Positions 9,474 to 18,730 of a DNA stretch of 32,000 nucleotides are shown one piece after another; position 1 is the stretch's first letter; each line of letters begins with the position of its first letter. The notes below the pieces were generated by a model. That model ran no database searches. It was given only the letters and a program-made list of their open reading frames with translations, and was not told the DNA's origin. The translations under genes were made by a program, and so were the position numbers. This stretch comes from Tannockella kyphosi (GTDB lineage: Bacteria > Bacillota_I > Bacilli_A > Erysipelotrichales > Coprobacillaceae), in NCBI RefSeq assembly GCF_021054785.1, contig NZ_CP088239.1, positions 2,130,001 to 2,162,000 on the forward strand, read 5' to 3'.

Positions 9474-10714
9474 ATTGGGAACTTTTAGATAAGCAGACAA
9501 CGTATATAGTAGGAGTGTCAGGGGGAGTAGATTCAATGGCACTATTGGATATGTTGGTAGAAAAGCAATATCAAGTTGTCGCTTGTCATGTCAATTATCA
9601 TTTTAGACAGGATAGTGATATTGATCAAAAGAATGTAGTTGATTATTGTCATGCACATTGTGTGGATTGTCATGTTTATGAGGCGAATCCTGATGATTTT
9701 GGAAAAGAAAATTTCCAACACCAAGCTAGAGCAGTACGTTATCATTTTTATGAAACGATTGGAACAAACTATCAAACAGATAAAGTAATATTAGGACATC
9801 ATTATGATGATGTCTTAGAAAATATAGTGATGCAACAACAAAGAGGGAATTGTTATAATTATCAAGGAATTAGAAGTAAAACAAAGATCTTTGGATTAGA
9901 GGTAATTCGTCCGTTGTTAGATACAAAAAAAGAAAGCTTATATGCGTATTGTAAAAAACGAAATGTTACCTATCATGAAGATTATACAAACTTCCAAACA
10001 CACTTCACTCGTGATAAGATACGTAATGAAGTAATTCCCCAACTAACAAAAGAACAAAAAGAAACAATAATGTTACAAGCAACAATACTAAATCAAGATA
10101 TCTTAAAAAAAGAAGCACAAATAGCTCCTTATTATCAACAATTTAAAGAAAATGAAATCATTGACTATACCCAAATAGAAACAGAATTATTACCTGTATT
10201 TTTATACGCTATTTTAAAGGATGTAATCCATCCTCCTAAAATATCAAAGACTTTAATAGATGAAATAATAAAACAAATTCAAAGTGAAAAACCAAATATA
10301 GAAGTAAAAGTATCAGTTAATGTTCTGTTCATAAAAGAGTATAATAATATATCTATTCTAGCAAAAAACCAACAATTGGATTATTGTTTAAAATATGATA
10401 AAATCGTGTATGCTAGAGAAGAAATGTTTTTTCTAGAAGCAATAGGTCATATTGATGAAGGAGTATGCATAGAAGAAAGTGATTTCCCAATTACGATTCG
10501 TAATGCACAGCCAGGTGATCGGATGATAACAAGTGGTGGAACGAAACGTCTTAGTAGATTGTTTATTGATCGTAAGATCCCTAAGAAGATGCGTCGAATT
10601 TGGCCAGTTGTTGTAAGAAATGATGGGACAATTATACTAGTTCCAAGGATTGCTAAAAATATTAACTATTTGTATACAAAACCAAATGTATATGTGGTAA
10701 AATTAGACCATTAA
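9470..10714 (+). CDS. tilS: tRNA(Ile)-lysidine synthetase
   Basis: 414 aa. PP-loop VGVSGGVDSMAL, HHYDD motif. Upstream of hpt-ftsH, as in Bacillus. Confidence 0.9.
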   Translation: MNWELLDKQTTYIVGVSGGVDSMALLDMLVEKQYQVVACHVNYHFRQDSDIDQKNVVDYCHAHCVDCHVYEANPDDFGKENFQHQARAVRYHFYETIGTNYQTDKVILGHHYDDVLENIVMQQQRGNCYNYQGIRSKTKIFGLEVIRPLLDTKKESLYAYCKKRNVTYHEDYTNFQTHFTRDKIRNEVIPQLTKEQKETIMLQATILNQDILKKEAQIAPYYQQFKENEIIDYTQIETELLPVFLYAILKDVIHPPKISKTLIDEIIKQIQSEKPNIEVKVSVNVLFIKEYNNISILAKNQQLDYCLKYDKIVYAREEMFFLEAIGHIDEGVCIEESDFPITIRNAQPGDRMITSGGTKRLSRLFIDRKIPKKMRRIWPVVVRNDGTIILVPRIAKNINYLYTKPNVYVVKLDH

Positions 10715-10723
10715 GGAGTGATA

Positions 10724-11257
10724 ATGATGCATAAAGATGTAAAAGAGATTTTCATTACAGAAGATGAAATAGTAGCAAAAAGTAAAGAATTAGCTTTACA
10801 AATTGATAAAGATTACGAAGGTAAAAGTGTTGTTTTAGTAGGTTTATTAAAAGGATCTATTCCTTTTATGGCAGAACTTGCAAAACATTTACAAACAGAT
10901 GTTACTTTTGATTATATGAATGTTTCTAGTTATGATGGAACAGAATCAAAAACATTAGTAGTCAAACAAGATTTACAAGAAGAAATAGCAGGGAAACATA
11001 TTTTAATTGTAGAAGATATTTTAGATACAGGAAAAACATTAAAGAATGTAAAAGATATGTTAGTTGCTAGACATGCTTTAAGTGTAAAGATTGTTACTTT
11101 ATTGGATAAAGAAGAAGGAAGAGTTTTTGATATGAAAGCAGATTATTATGGATTTAAGATTCCAAATGCTTTTGTTATTGGGTATGGTTTAGACTTCAAT
11201 GAAAGATACAGACAGTTACCATATATTGGTATCTTAAAAGAAGAATGCTATAAATAA
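10724..11257 (+). CDS. hpt: hypoxanthine phosphoribosyltransferase
   Basis: PRPP-binding ILIVEDILDTGKTL, GLLKGS, VIGYGLD. ATG at 10724 lies 5 nt after AAGGAG; the track start at 10718 is a GTG within the RBS. Confidence 0.92.
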   Translation: MMHKDVKEIFITEDEIVAKSKELALQIDKDYEGKSVVLVGLLKGSIPFMAELAKHLQTDVTFDYMNVSSYDGTESKTLVVKQDLQEEIAGKHILIVEDILDTGKTLKNVKDMLVARHALSVKIVTLLDKEEGRVFDMKADYYGFKIPNAFVIGYGLDFNERYRQLPYIGILKEECYK

Positions 11258-11266
11258 GGAGATATT

Positions 11267-13216
11267 ATGAAAGATAGAAAAGGGTTATTAAAGTCATTTC
11301 TACCATGGATTGCAATTTTATTAATTATCAGCATGGTAATGCCTTTCTTGAGCGATACGGATACTACGGAGTTAAATTATAATGAATTTATTGAAATTGT
11401 AAATTCAGAAAATATTACTTCTATTGAAGTAATGCCAGGAACATTAGTGGTAGATGTTAGTGGAGAGTATCAAACTACAGTGGATGGAGAAACAACAGTT
11501 ACTTCTTTTACAACTTGTATTCTTCAAACTGAATTAGAATTAAATAGTTTAATTAGTTTATTAGAATCAAAAGATGTTCCAACTGTTATTGTTGATGAAA
11601 ATGATGCAAGTCTATTTACAACATTATTAATTAATATATTACCATATGTATTATTATTAGCTGGTATGTATTTCTTAATTAAAATGATGTCAAATAGTGG
11701 TGGAAATGGAAAAGCATTTGAATTTGGAAATTCAAGAGCAAAATTAGAAAAGAATCAAACCACTCGTTTTAAAGATGTAGCGGGTGCAGATGAAGAAAAA
11801 GAAGAATTAGCAGAATTAGTAGAATTCTTACAGAATCCTAAGAAGTTTGCAGAAATGGGTGCTAAAATTCCTAGAGGGGTGCTTCTTGTTGGGCCACCAG
11901 GTACGGGGAAAACATTATTAGCTCGTGCTGTTTCAGGAGAAGCAAGTGTTCCTTTCTATTCGATTTCAGGTTCTGAATTCGTTGAAATGTTTGTCGGTGT
12001 TGGAGCAGGACGTGTTCGTGATATGTTCAAAAACGCTAAAAAGACAGCACCATGTATTATCTTTATTGACGAAATTGATGCAGTAGGTCGTCAAAGAGGA
12101 ACTGGTATGGGTGGTGGACACGATGAACGTGAACAAACTTTAAACCAATTATTAGTAGAGATGGATGGATTTAGTGGAAGTGAAGGGGTTATTATCTTAG
12201 CGGCAACAAACCGTGCAGATGTATTAGATCCAGCTTTACTTCGTCCAGGACGTTTTGACCGTCAAATCCAAGTATCGAATCCAGATAAAAAAGCACGTGC
12301 TGAAATTTTAGGAGTACATGCTAGAAATAAACGTTTTGCACCAGATGTTGAATTTGGAAATATCGCACAAAGAACACCAGGATTTAGTGGTGCAGAATTA
12401 GAAAATGTATTAAATGAAGCGGCTTTATTAGCAGTTCGTTTAGGACATGATTTAATTACAATGGCTGATATTGATGAAGCAGTAGACCGTGTTATGGGTG
12501 GACCTGCTAAGAAGTCTCGTAAGTATACAGAAAAAGAACGTCGTTTAGTTGCTTATCATGAAGCAGGACATGCTATTATGGGGTTATCTTTAGAAGACGC
12601 TAATAAAGTACAAAAAGTTACGATTATTCCTAGAGGACAAGCTGGTGGATATAACTTAATGACACCAAAAGAAGAAACATATTTCCAAACAAAATCTCAA
12701 TTGATTTCAACAATTGCAGGATATATGGGTGGACGTGTTTCGGAAGAAGTCTTCTTTGGAGATATTAGTTCAGGTGCTCATAATGACATTGAACAAGCTA
12801 CTCGTATTGCTCGTGTGATGGTAACTGAATTAGGTATGTCTGATTTAGGATTTATTAAATATGCTTCAGGTCAAGATGCAGTATTCTTAGGACGTGATTA
12901 TACACAAACTAGTAATTCGCATTCAGGTCAAACAGCACATGAAATAGATAAGGCAGTACGTGCTTTAATTGATGAATGTTACAAAAAGACTACCGAAGTT
13001 ATTACTGAAAACAAAGATAAATTAATTAATATCGCTGAAGCACTGTTAGAATATGAAACTTTATCTGGCGAACAAATTGAACATTTATATGCTCATGGTG
13101 TAATGCCTGAAATTCATTCAGGTATTATTGAAAAGACAGAAGAAGAAATAGTAGTACCAACAGTAGAAACACCATCTATTGATGATCAAGATGATTTATT
13201 AGATGAAATGAAATAA
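11267..13216 (+). CDS. ftsH: ATP-dependent zinc metalloprotease FtsH
   Basis: 649 aa. Two N-terminal TM segments, Walker A GPPGTGKT, Walker [33 protein letters not shown], zinc site HEAGH. Confidence 0.97.
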   Translation: MKDRKGLLKSFLPWIAILLIISMVMPFLSDTDTTELNYNEFIEIVNSENITSIEVMPGTLVVDVSGEYQTTVDGETTVTSFTTCILQTELELNSLISLLESKDVPTVIVDENDASLFTTLLINILPYVLLLAGMYFLIKMMSNSGGNGKAFEFGNSRAKLEKNQTTRFKDVAGADEEKEELAELVEFLQNPKKFAEMGAKIPRGVLLVGPPGTGKTLLARAVSGEASVPFYSISGSEFVEMFVGVGAGRVRDMFKNAKKTAPCIIFIDEIDAVGRQRGTGMGGGHDEREQTLNQLLVEMDGFSGSEGVIILAATNRADVLDPALLRPGRFDRQIQVSNPDKKARAEILGVHARNKRFAPDVEFGNIAQRTPGFSGAELENVLNEAALLAVRLGHDLITMADIDEAVDRVMGGPAKKSRKYTEKERRLVAYHEAGHAIMGLSLEDANKVQKVTIIPRGQAGGYNLMTPKEETYFQTKSQLISTIAGYMGGRVSEEVFFGDISSGAHNDIEQATRIARVMVTELGMSDLGFIKYASGQDAVFLGRDYTQTSNSHSGQTAHEIDKAVRALIDECYKKTTEVITENKDKLINIAEALLEYETLSGEQIEHLYAHGVMPEIHSGIIEKTEEEIVVPTVETPSIDDQDDLLDEMK

Positions 13217-13234
13217 AGCGGAAACGCTTTTTTT
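13215..13234 (+). terminator. short hairpin plus T-run after ftsH (weak terminator or attenuator)
   Basis: aaagcg-gaaa-cgcttt followed by tttt. The stem is only 5-6 bp, so read-through into the downstream genes is likely. Confidence 0.4.
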
Positions 13235-13250
13235 CTTAGGAGGAAAGAAC

Positions 13251-13346
13251 ATGAAAAAAACAACAAGAAAGATCTTTATTATTTTATTAGTAGCAGCAAT
13301 TGTAGTACCTACCATTTTATCAACTGTTGTTGCAATTATGGGGTAA
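13251..13346 (+). CDS. unannotated 31-aa hydrophobic microprotein (MKKTTRKIFIILLVAAIVVPTILSTVVAIMG)
   Basis: Not in the ORF track because it is too short. Strong RBS AGGAGGAAAGAAC before the ATG. Basic N-terminus followed by a single TM-like helix. Its stop lies 3 nt before the hslO ATG. Confidence 0.55.
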   Translation: MKKTTRKIFIILLVAAIVVPTILSTVVAIMG

Positions 13347-13349
13347 AGA

Positions 13350-14219
13350 ATGAAAGATTATTTAATCAGAGGAATTGTGCCAAGCAAAAATTGTCGTATT
13401 TTTGCTTGTGCAACAACGAATACATTAGAAAAAGCAAGACAACATCATGGTTTATGGCCGACTGCTAGTGCAGCACTAGGAAGAATGATGTCTGCTTCTT
13501 TTATGATGGCAAGTATGAATAAGAATAACGAAAAAATGACAATCACAATTAATGGTGGAGGTCCTATTGGTACGATGATGACAGTTACCAATGGAGATGG
13601 AAATATCAAAGGATTTGTATCGAAACCAAATGTTCATTATACATATAATGATACTGGTAAATTAGCTGTAGGAGTAGCAGTTGGAAACCAAGGAACTTTA
13701 CAAGTTATTAAAGATATGGGATTAAAAGAGCCTTTTACAGGATCGGTTCCTTTACAAACAGGTGAATTAGGAGATGATTTCTCTTATTATTTTATGGTTA
13801 GTGAACAAACACCATCTGTTGTATCTTTAGGAGTATTAGTAGATGATACCAATGAAATACTTGCTTCAGGAGGATTTATTATTCAATTGTTACCAGAAGC
13901 AACAGAAGAAGATATTGTTTATATTGAAGAGAAGATGAAGGGATTCCCTACTGTATCAGCGTTGTTACACGAAGGAAAAACTCCTCAACAAATTATGCGT
14001 AGTATTTTTGATGATTTTAGTTTATTAGATACACAAGATTTAGATTTTGTTTGTGATTGTAGTCATGAAAAGATGGAACAAGCATTAATTGCAGTAGGCA
14101 AAACAGAATTAGAAGCAATGATTGAAGAAGATCATGGTTGTCAAATTACTTGTCATTTCTGTAATACAAAATATGATTTTAGTGAAGCGGAACTTATCAA
14201 AGTAAAAGAAAGTTTATAA
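13350..14219 (+). CDS. hslO: redox-regulated chaperone Hsp33
   Basis: 289 aa. C-terminal zinc centre CDC (FVCDCSHE) and CxxC (CHFCNTKY). Conserved position after ftsH. Confidence 0.92.
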   Translation: MKDYLIRGIVPSKNCRIFACATTNTLEKARQHHGLWPTASAALGRMMSASFMMASMNKNNEKMTITINGGGPIGTMMTVTNGDGNIKGFVSKPNVHYTYNDTGKLAVGVAVGNQGTLQVIKDMGLKEPFTGSVPLQTGELGDDFSYYFMVSEQTPSVVSLGVLVDDTNEILASGGFIIQLLPEATEEDIVYIEEKMKGFPTVSALLHEGKTPQQIMRSIFDDFSLLDTQDLDFVCDCSHEKMEQALIAVGKTELEAMIEEDHGCQITCHFCNTKYDFSEAELIKVKESL

Positions 14220-14223
14220 ACAA

Positions 14224-14253
14224 AACAACCTAACACTCGTTAGGTTGTTTTTG
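14224..14253 (+). terminator. rho-independent terminator after hslO
   Basis: 11-bp perfect stem aacaacctaac / gttaggttgtt, loop actc, then a T-run. Confidence 0.85.
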
Positions 14254-14457
14254 TAAAAAAAAGAGGGGAGGATCTTTTTTCTACGGGCTTAGCCCTGTAT
14301 TTAGGAATATAACTAGATAACTTACTTCTATTTAGGGGAGGAAAATAGAGGGGATTGGTAAGTTATCCAATAGTAATATGACCGATATATCATCTTTTAT
14401 ACAAAGTATTATGAAAAAAATTAAAAATATGGTAATATGCAGTGAGGTGTAAAAAGA

Positions 14458-15441
14458 ATGTTTAAAATAGGAAATGTAGAAATAGAAAATAGAGTAGTAA
14501 TGGCGCCAATGGCGGGTATTACAAATATGGCTTTTCGTAAGATTATTAAAGAGTTTGGAGCAGGGTTAGTTTATTCAGAGATGGTTAGTGATAAAGCTAT
14601 TTCTTATCGGAATCCAAAGACTTTATCGATGTTACAAGTGGATGAGTTTGAACATCCAATGAGTATGCAAGTATTTGGTGGTGATCGAGATACGATTGTA
14701 GAAGCAGCTAAGTTTATTGATCAAAATTCAAACTGTGATATTATTGATATTAATATGGGGTGTCCTGTAAATAAGGTATTAAAAGCAGATGCTGGAAGCA
14801 AACTAATGTTATATCCTGATAAAGTATATGATATTGTCAAAGGGGTTGTGGAAAATGTTAGTAAACCAGTTACTGTAAAAATTCGTGCAGGATATGATTC
14901 TAAAAATATAAATGCAGTAGAAATAGCGAAACTAATTGAAGCAGCTGGTGCTAGTGCTATTGCGATTCATGGAAGAACTCGTGCTCAAATGTATGAAGGT
15001 AAAGCAGATTGGGGAATTATTAAACAAGTAAAAGAAGCAGTAAGTATTCCAGTTATTGGTAATGGGGATATTAAGTCAATAGATGATGCTAGAAGAATGA
15101 TAGAAGAAACAGGAGTGGACGCTATTATGATTGGTAGAGCAGCACTAGGAAATCCTTGGTTAATTAAAGAAATAGTAGAAGTAATGGAAAAAGGGAATGA
15201 TTTTGAAGAACCTACGTACGATAAAAAGATTGAACAATGTTTAGAACATGGTCGTAGATTAATGACTATTGATGTAGAGAAAGTAGCGATGTTTCAAATG
15301 CGAGGACATGCTCCTTGGTATATTAAAGGATTGAAAAGTTCAGCTAGAGTAAAGGATCGTTTATCAAAGATTGATACATATCAAGAATTAGAAGAAATAT
15401 TATTGGAGTATAAACAATATTTAGATGAATTAGTTGATTAA
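14458..15441 (+). CDS. dusB: tRNA-dihydrouridine synthase B
   Basis: 327 aa. [20 protein letters not shown], and the GNGDI and [11 protein letters not shown] motifs. Upstream of lysS, as in Bacillus. Confidence 0.92.
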   Translation: MFKIGNVEIENRVVMAPMAGITNMAFRKIIKEFGAGLVYSEMVSDKAISYRNPKTLSMLQVDEFEHPMSMQVFGGDRDTIVEAAKFIDQNSNCDIIDINMGCPVNKVLKADAGSKLMLYPDKVYDIVKGVVENVSKPVTVKIRAGYDSKNINAVEIAKLIEAAGASAIAIHGRTRAQMYEGKADWGIIKQVKEAVSIPVIGNGDIKSIDDARRMIEETGVDAIMIGRAALGNPWLIKEIVEVMEKGNDFEEPTYDKKIEQCLEHGRRLMTIDVEKVAMFQMRGHAPWYIKGLKSSARVKDRLSKIDTYQELEEILLEYKQYLDELVD

Positions 15442-15456
15442 GTAATCTTGTTTTGA

Positions 15457-15485
15457 TTGACAACTTTCATAAAGTAGGATAATAT
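15457..15485 (+). promoter_or_regulatory. sigma-A-type promoter for the lysS leader
   Basis: TTGACA (15457-15462), 17-nt spacer, TAATAT (15480-15485). Confidence 0.6.
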
Positions 15486-15500
15486 TTGTTAGTAAATAAA

Positions 15501-15740
15501 AGCGATGAATAGAAGAGTATTTATTTTTTAATAGGTAAAGAGAGTCTTGGTTGGTGGAAAAGATGCTATGGAAATAAAGAAAAAAGACTAGGAGCTGCAT
15601 TTTGGATTGAAAATGATAAAATGACGTAAGCCACGTTATAGGCATGACTATATGATAGTTAGTGAGGTTTATAGAGTAATCTATAAATGAACTAGGGTGG
15701 TACCACGATACTCTCGTCCCTTTGGATAGAGAGTTTTTAT
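15501..15740 (+). promoter_or_regulatory. T-box riboswitch leader with Lys specifier (AAA)
   Basis: Stem I start AGCGATGA and AGAGTA. The helix tttattt (15520-15526) / aaataaa (15572-15578) is followed by GAA-AAA-A, placing the specifier AAA at 15582-15584. Internal AGAGAG and GGTGGAAA elements. T-box sequence aatgaactagGGTGGTACCACG (15686-15707). Terminator actctc...gagagt plus ttttt (15710-15738), immediately upstream of lysS. Confidence 0.85.
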
Positions 15741-15758
15741 ATTTTAGGAGGAAGAAAG

Positions 15759-17243
15759 ATGGATAATAGACAATTTAGTGAACAAGAATTAGTACGTCGT
15801 GAGAAGTTACAAGAGTTAATTGATTTAGGAATTGATCCTTTTGGACAAAGATACGATATTACACATTTTAGTGGTGATATTAAAAAAGAATATGAAGAAT
15901 TTGATAAAGAAGTATTACATGAAAAAGCAGTAGCTACAAAGGTTGCTGGTAGAATTATGACAAAAAGAGCACAAGGTAAAGCTGGTTTTATGCATATTCA
16001 AGATAGAGATGGACAAATTCAAATCTATGTAAGAAAAGATACGATTGGTGATGATGCTTTTGAAATATTTAAAAAAGCAGATATTGGTGATATCGTAGGT
16101 ATTGAAGGAGAAATCATGAAAACAAATCATGGTGAACTTTCAGTAAAAGCAAAAGTATATACACATCTTACAAAAGCATTACGTCCTTTACCAGAAAAAT
16201 TCCATGGTTTAAGTGATGTAGAAGAAAGATATAGAAGAAGATATGTAGACTTAATTACAAATGAAGATGCTCGTAAAATAGCGTTTGCTAGACCGAAAAT
16301 TATTCGTTCTATTCAAAACTATTTAGATGCACAAGGATATGTAGAAGTTGAAACTCCAGTATTAAGTCCTATCTTAGGTGGGGCTAGTGCAAGACCTTTT
16401 GTTACACATCATAATACATTAGATATGGAATTCTATTTACGTATTGCTACTGAATTACCTTTAAAAAGATTAATTGTTGGTGGTATGGATGCAGTATATG
16501 AAATTGGACGTTTATTTAGAAATGAAGGAATGGATAGAACACATAATCCTGAGTTTACTACGATTGAATTATATAAAGCATTTAGTGATTTAGAAGGTAT
16601 GATGGATATAACAGAAGGAATTATTTCAAATGCTGCGGATACATTATTAGGTACTTATGAATTATCATTCAAAGGACATGATATTTCTCTAGCACCTGGA
16701 TTCAAACGTATTTCAATGACAGAAGCAATTAAAGATAAAACAGGTGTCGATTTTGCACAAGAGTTATCTTATGAACAAGCAGTTGCTTTAGCGAATGAAC
16801 ATCATGTTGAACTAGAAGAACATTTTGCATATGGACATATTGTAAATGCATTCTTTGAAAAGTTTGTGGAAGAAACAATTGTAGAACCTACTTTTGTTTA
16901 TGGACATCCTATTGAAATTAGTCCATTAGCGAAAAAGAACTTACAAGATCCTAGATTTACACAAAGATTTGAGTTATTCATTTGTGGAAATGAATACGCT
17001 AATGCATTTACTGAATTAAATGATCCTATTGATCAATATGAAAGATTTGCGAATCAGTTAAAAGAAAAAGAATTAGGTAATGATGAAGCAAATGATATGG
17101 ATTTAGATTATGTAGAAGCATTAGAATATGGTTTACCACCTACAGGTGGTATGGGTATGGGTATTGATAGACTTGTTATGTTATTAACAGGACAAGAATC
17201 TATTAGAGAAGTAATCTTATTCCCTCATATGAAAAACAAATAA
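15759..17243 (+). CDS. lysS: lysyl-tRNA synthetase, class II
   Basis: 494 aa. N-terminal OB-fold region, class II motifs ([11 protein letters not shown]; [14 protein letters not shown]). GGAGG RBS. Confidence 0.96.
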   Translation: MDNRQFSEQELVRREKLQELIDLGIDPFGQRYDITHFSGDIKKEYEEFDKEVLHEKAVATKVAGRIMTKRAQGKAGFMHIQDRDGQIQIYVRKDTIGDDAFEIFKKADIGDIVGIEGEIMKTNHGELSVKAKVYTHLTKALRPLPEKFHGLSDVEERYRRRYVDLITNEDARKIAFARPKIIRSIQNYLDAQGYVEVETPVLSPILGGASARPFVTHHNTLDMEFYLRIATELPLKRLIVGGMDAVYEIGRLFRNEGMDRTHNPEFTTIELYKAFSDLEGMMDITEGIISNAADTLLGTYELSFKGHDISLAPGFKRISMTEAIKDKTGVDFAQELSYEQAVALANEHHVELEEHFAYGHIVNAFFEKFVEETIVEPTFVYGHPIEISPLAKKNLQDPRFTQRFELFICGNEYANAFTELNDPIDQYERFANQLKEKELGNDEANDMDLDYVEALEYGLPPTGGMGMGIDRLVMLLTGQESIREVILFPHMKNK

Positions 17244-17250
17244 TAGCTAG

Positions 17251-17276
17251 AACCCTTATTTAATAAGGGTTTTTTA
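17251..17276 (+). terminator. rho-independent terminator after lysS
   Basis: Stem aaccctta / taagggtt followed by tttttatttt. Confidence 0.8.
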
Positions 17277-17384
17277 TTTTAAAATAACAGGGATTAAGGA
17301 AGATTCAATGCATAATAGAAATAAAATGTGCTCATAAATTGACATGGTGCAAAAATTGCACTAAAATAATTTTGGAGGTGCAAT

Positions 17385-17951
17385 ATGAAAACACTAAAAG
17401 AGTTAAGAAATGAAAAAAAATTAACACAACAACAAGTAGCAGAGTTAGTAGGGGTTTCCATACGTTCCTATAAGTCTTATGAAAACGATAGCAAGAAGAA
17501 AGATACGATAAAATACCGATATATAATAGATCAACTAATGAAAATAAACCCGATGGATGAAGCTCATGGAGTATTAGAAAATATAGATATAGAAGAGAAG
17601 TGTGCGAAAGTATTTCAAAAATATGATATTCATTTTTGTTGTTTGTTTGGATCATATGCTAGACATACAGCAACAGAAAATAGTGATGTGGACTTACTTA
17701 TTTCTACGAAAATAAAAGGAGTAGAGTTTTATGGATTGGTCGAAGAAATACGTAGTGTATTGAATAACAAAGTGAATGTTGTAGATGTTAACCAATTAAA
17801 AAATAATTTGGAATTGTTAAAAGATATAATAATGGATGGTATTATAATATATGATAATGACAAGGATGGTAAATACTATACACAATGGATTAAATGTAAA
17901 AATATTGAGGAAACTAATCAAGAAAAACTACCAAGGCCTTCTAAGAGGTAG
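17385..17951 (+). CDS. XRE-type HTH domain fused to a minimal nucleotidyltransferase (MNT/NTP_transf_2) domain
   Basis: 188 aa. N-terminal LKELRNEKKLTQQQVAELVGVSIRSYKSYEN resembles HTH_3. Central CLFGSYARHTATENSDVDLLIS is the GS-x(n)-D-x-D pattern of pol-beta-fold nucleotidyltransferases. GGAGGTG RBS. Hairpin and T-run at the 3' end. Confidence 0.75.
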   Translation: MKTLKELRNEKKLTQQQVAELVGVSIRSYKSYENDSKKKDTIKYRYIIDQLMKINPMDEAHGVLENIDIEEKCAKVFQKYDIHFCCLFGSYARHTATENSDVDLLISTKIKGVEFYGLVEEIRSVLNNKVNVVDVNQLKNNLELLKDIIMDGIIIYDNDKDGKYYTQWIKCKNIEETNQEKLPRPSKR

Positions 17952-17995
17952 GTAGTTTTTTAAGAAAAACAATAAATAGAATGATATAATACGAA

Positions 17996-18029
17996 ATGTC
18001 ACGGTAATGTAAGATAGAGTTGATATAGT
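17996..18029 (+). promoter_or_regulatory. candidate response-regulator box plus extended -10 promoter upstream of the ABC operon
   Basis: Direct repeat ATGTCA (17996-18001) / ATGTAA (18007-18012) at 11-bp spacing, followed by TGATATAGT (18021-18029). No recognisable -35. A second TGATATAAT occurs at 17982-17990. Confidence 0.35.
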
Positions 18030-18049
18030 AACTGTGAGGAGGAAGTACC

Positions 18050-18730
18050 ATGGAAATTGTAAGAGTAGAGAATTTAGTAAAGATATATAAGAATGGTGAA
18101 AATGAAGTAAGAGCAGTAGATGAAACAAGTTTTGTTATTAATAAAGGAGAGTTTGTTGCTATTGTAGGGGCTAGTGGTTCTGGTAAATCAACATTATTAC
18201 ATTTATTAGGCGGGGTGGATAAACCTACTAGTGGAACTGTTTCGATTGCAGGAACAAATATTTATGAGTTAAATAGAAATCAATTAGCGATATTTCGTAG
18301 AAGACAAATAGGGTTAATCTATCAGTTTTATAATTTAATACCTATTTTAACAGTAAAGGAAAATATTACGTTACCAAGAGATTTAGATAACTTAAAAGTA
18401 GAAGATAATAAGTTATTTGATTTATTAAAGACATTAAGATTAGAGAGTAGACAACATCATTTACCTAATGAATTATCTGGAGGAGAACAACAAAGAACAT
18501 CGATAGCTAGAGCAATGATTAATAATCCTACTATTATTTTAGCTGATGAACCAACAGGTAATTTAGATTCAAAGAATAGTAAAGAAATAGTAACTCTTTT
18601 AGAACTAGCAAATAAAAAATATGGACAGACTATTGTTATGATTACTCATGACATTGAAATAGCGAAGAATGCTAGTCGTATTATAACGATTGAAGATGGT
18701 AAAATCATAAAGGATGAATGTAGCTTATGA
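18050..18730 (+). CDS. ABC transporter ATP-binding protein (MacB/FtsE/BceA-like)
   Basis: 226 aa. Walker A GASGSGKST, Q-loop, signature LSGGEQQR, Walker B ILADEPTGNLD, H-loop ITHD. 4-nt overlap with the permease gene. Confidence 0.92.
   Translation: MEIVRVENLVKIYKNGENEVRAVDETSFVINKGEFVAIVGASGSGKSTLLHLLGGVDKPTSGTVSIAGTNIYELNRNQLAIFRRRQIGLIYQFYNLIPILTVKENITLPRDLDNLKVEDNKLFDLLKTLRLESRQHHLPNELSGGEQQRTSIARAMINNPTIILADEPTGNLDSKNSKEIVTLLELANKKYGQTIVMITHDIEIAKNASRIITIEDGKIIKDECSL

Noticed and set aside
15430-15645. 71-aa minus-strand ORF
   Set aside because: It lies antisense to the T-box leader of lysS, has no RBS, and is an AT-rich low-complexity product.
17332-17655. 107-aa minus-strand ORF antisense to the HTH-NTase gene
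   Set aside because: There are no recognisable motifs. It overlaps a + strand ORF that has a strong RBS and clear domain signatures, so it is a typical shadow ORF.
17952-18049. Search for a HEPN toxin partner next to the HTH-NTase gene
   Set aside because: The gap is only 98 bp, with no ORF on either strand. The upstream side is occupied by the lysS terminator and the gene's own promoter region.
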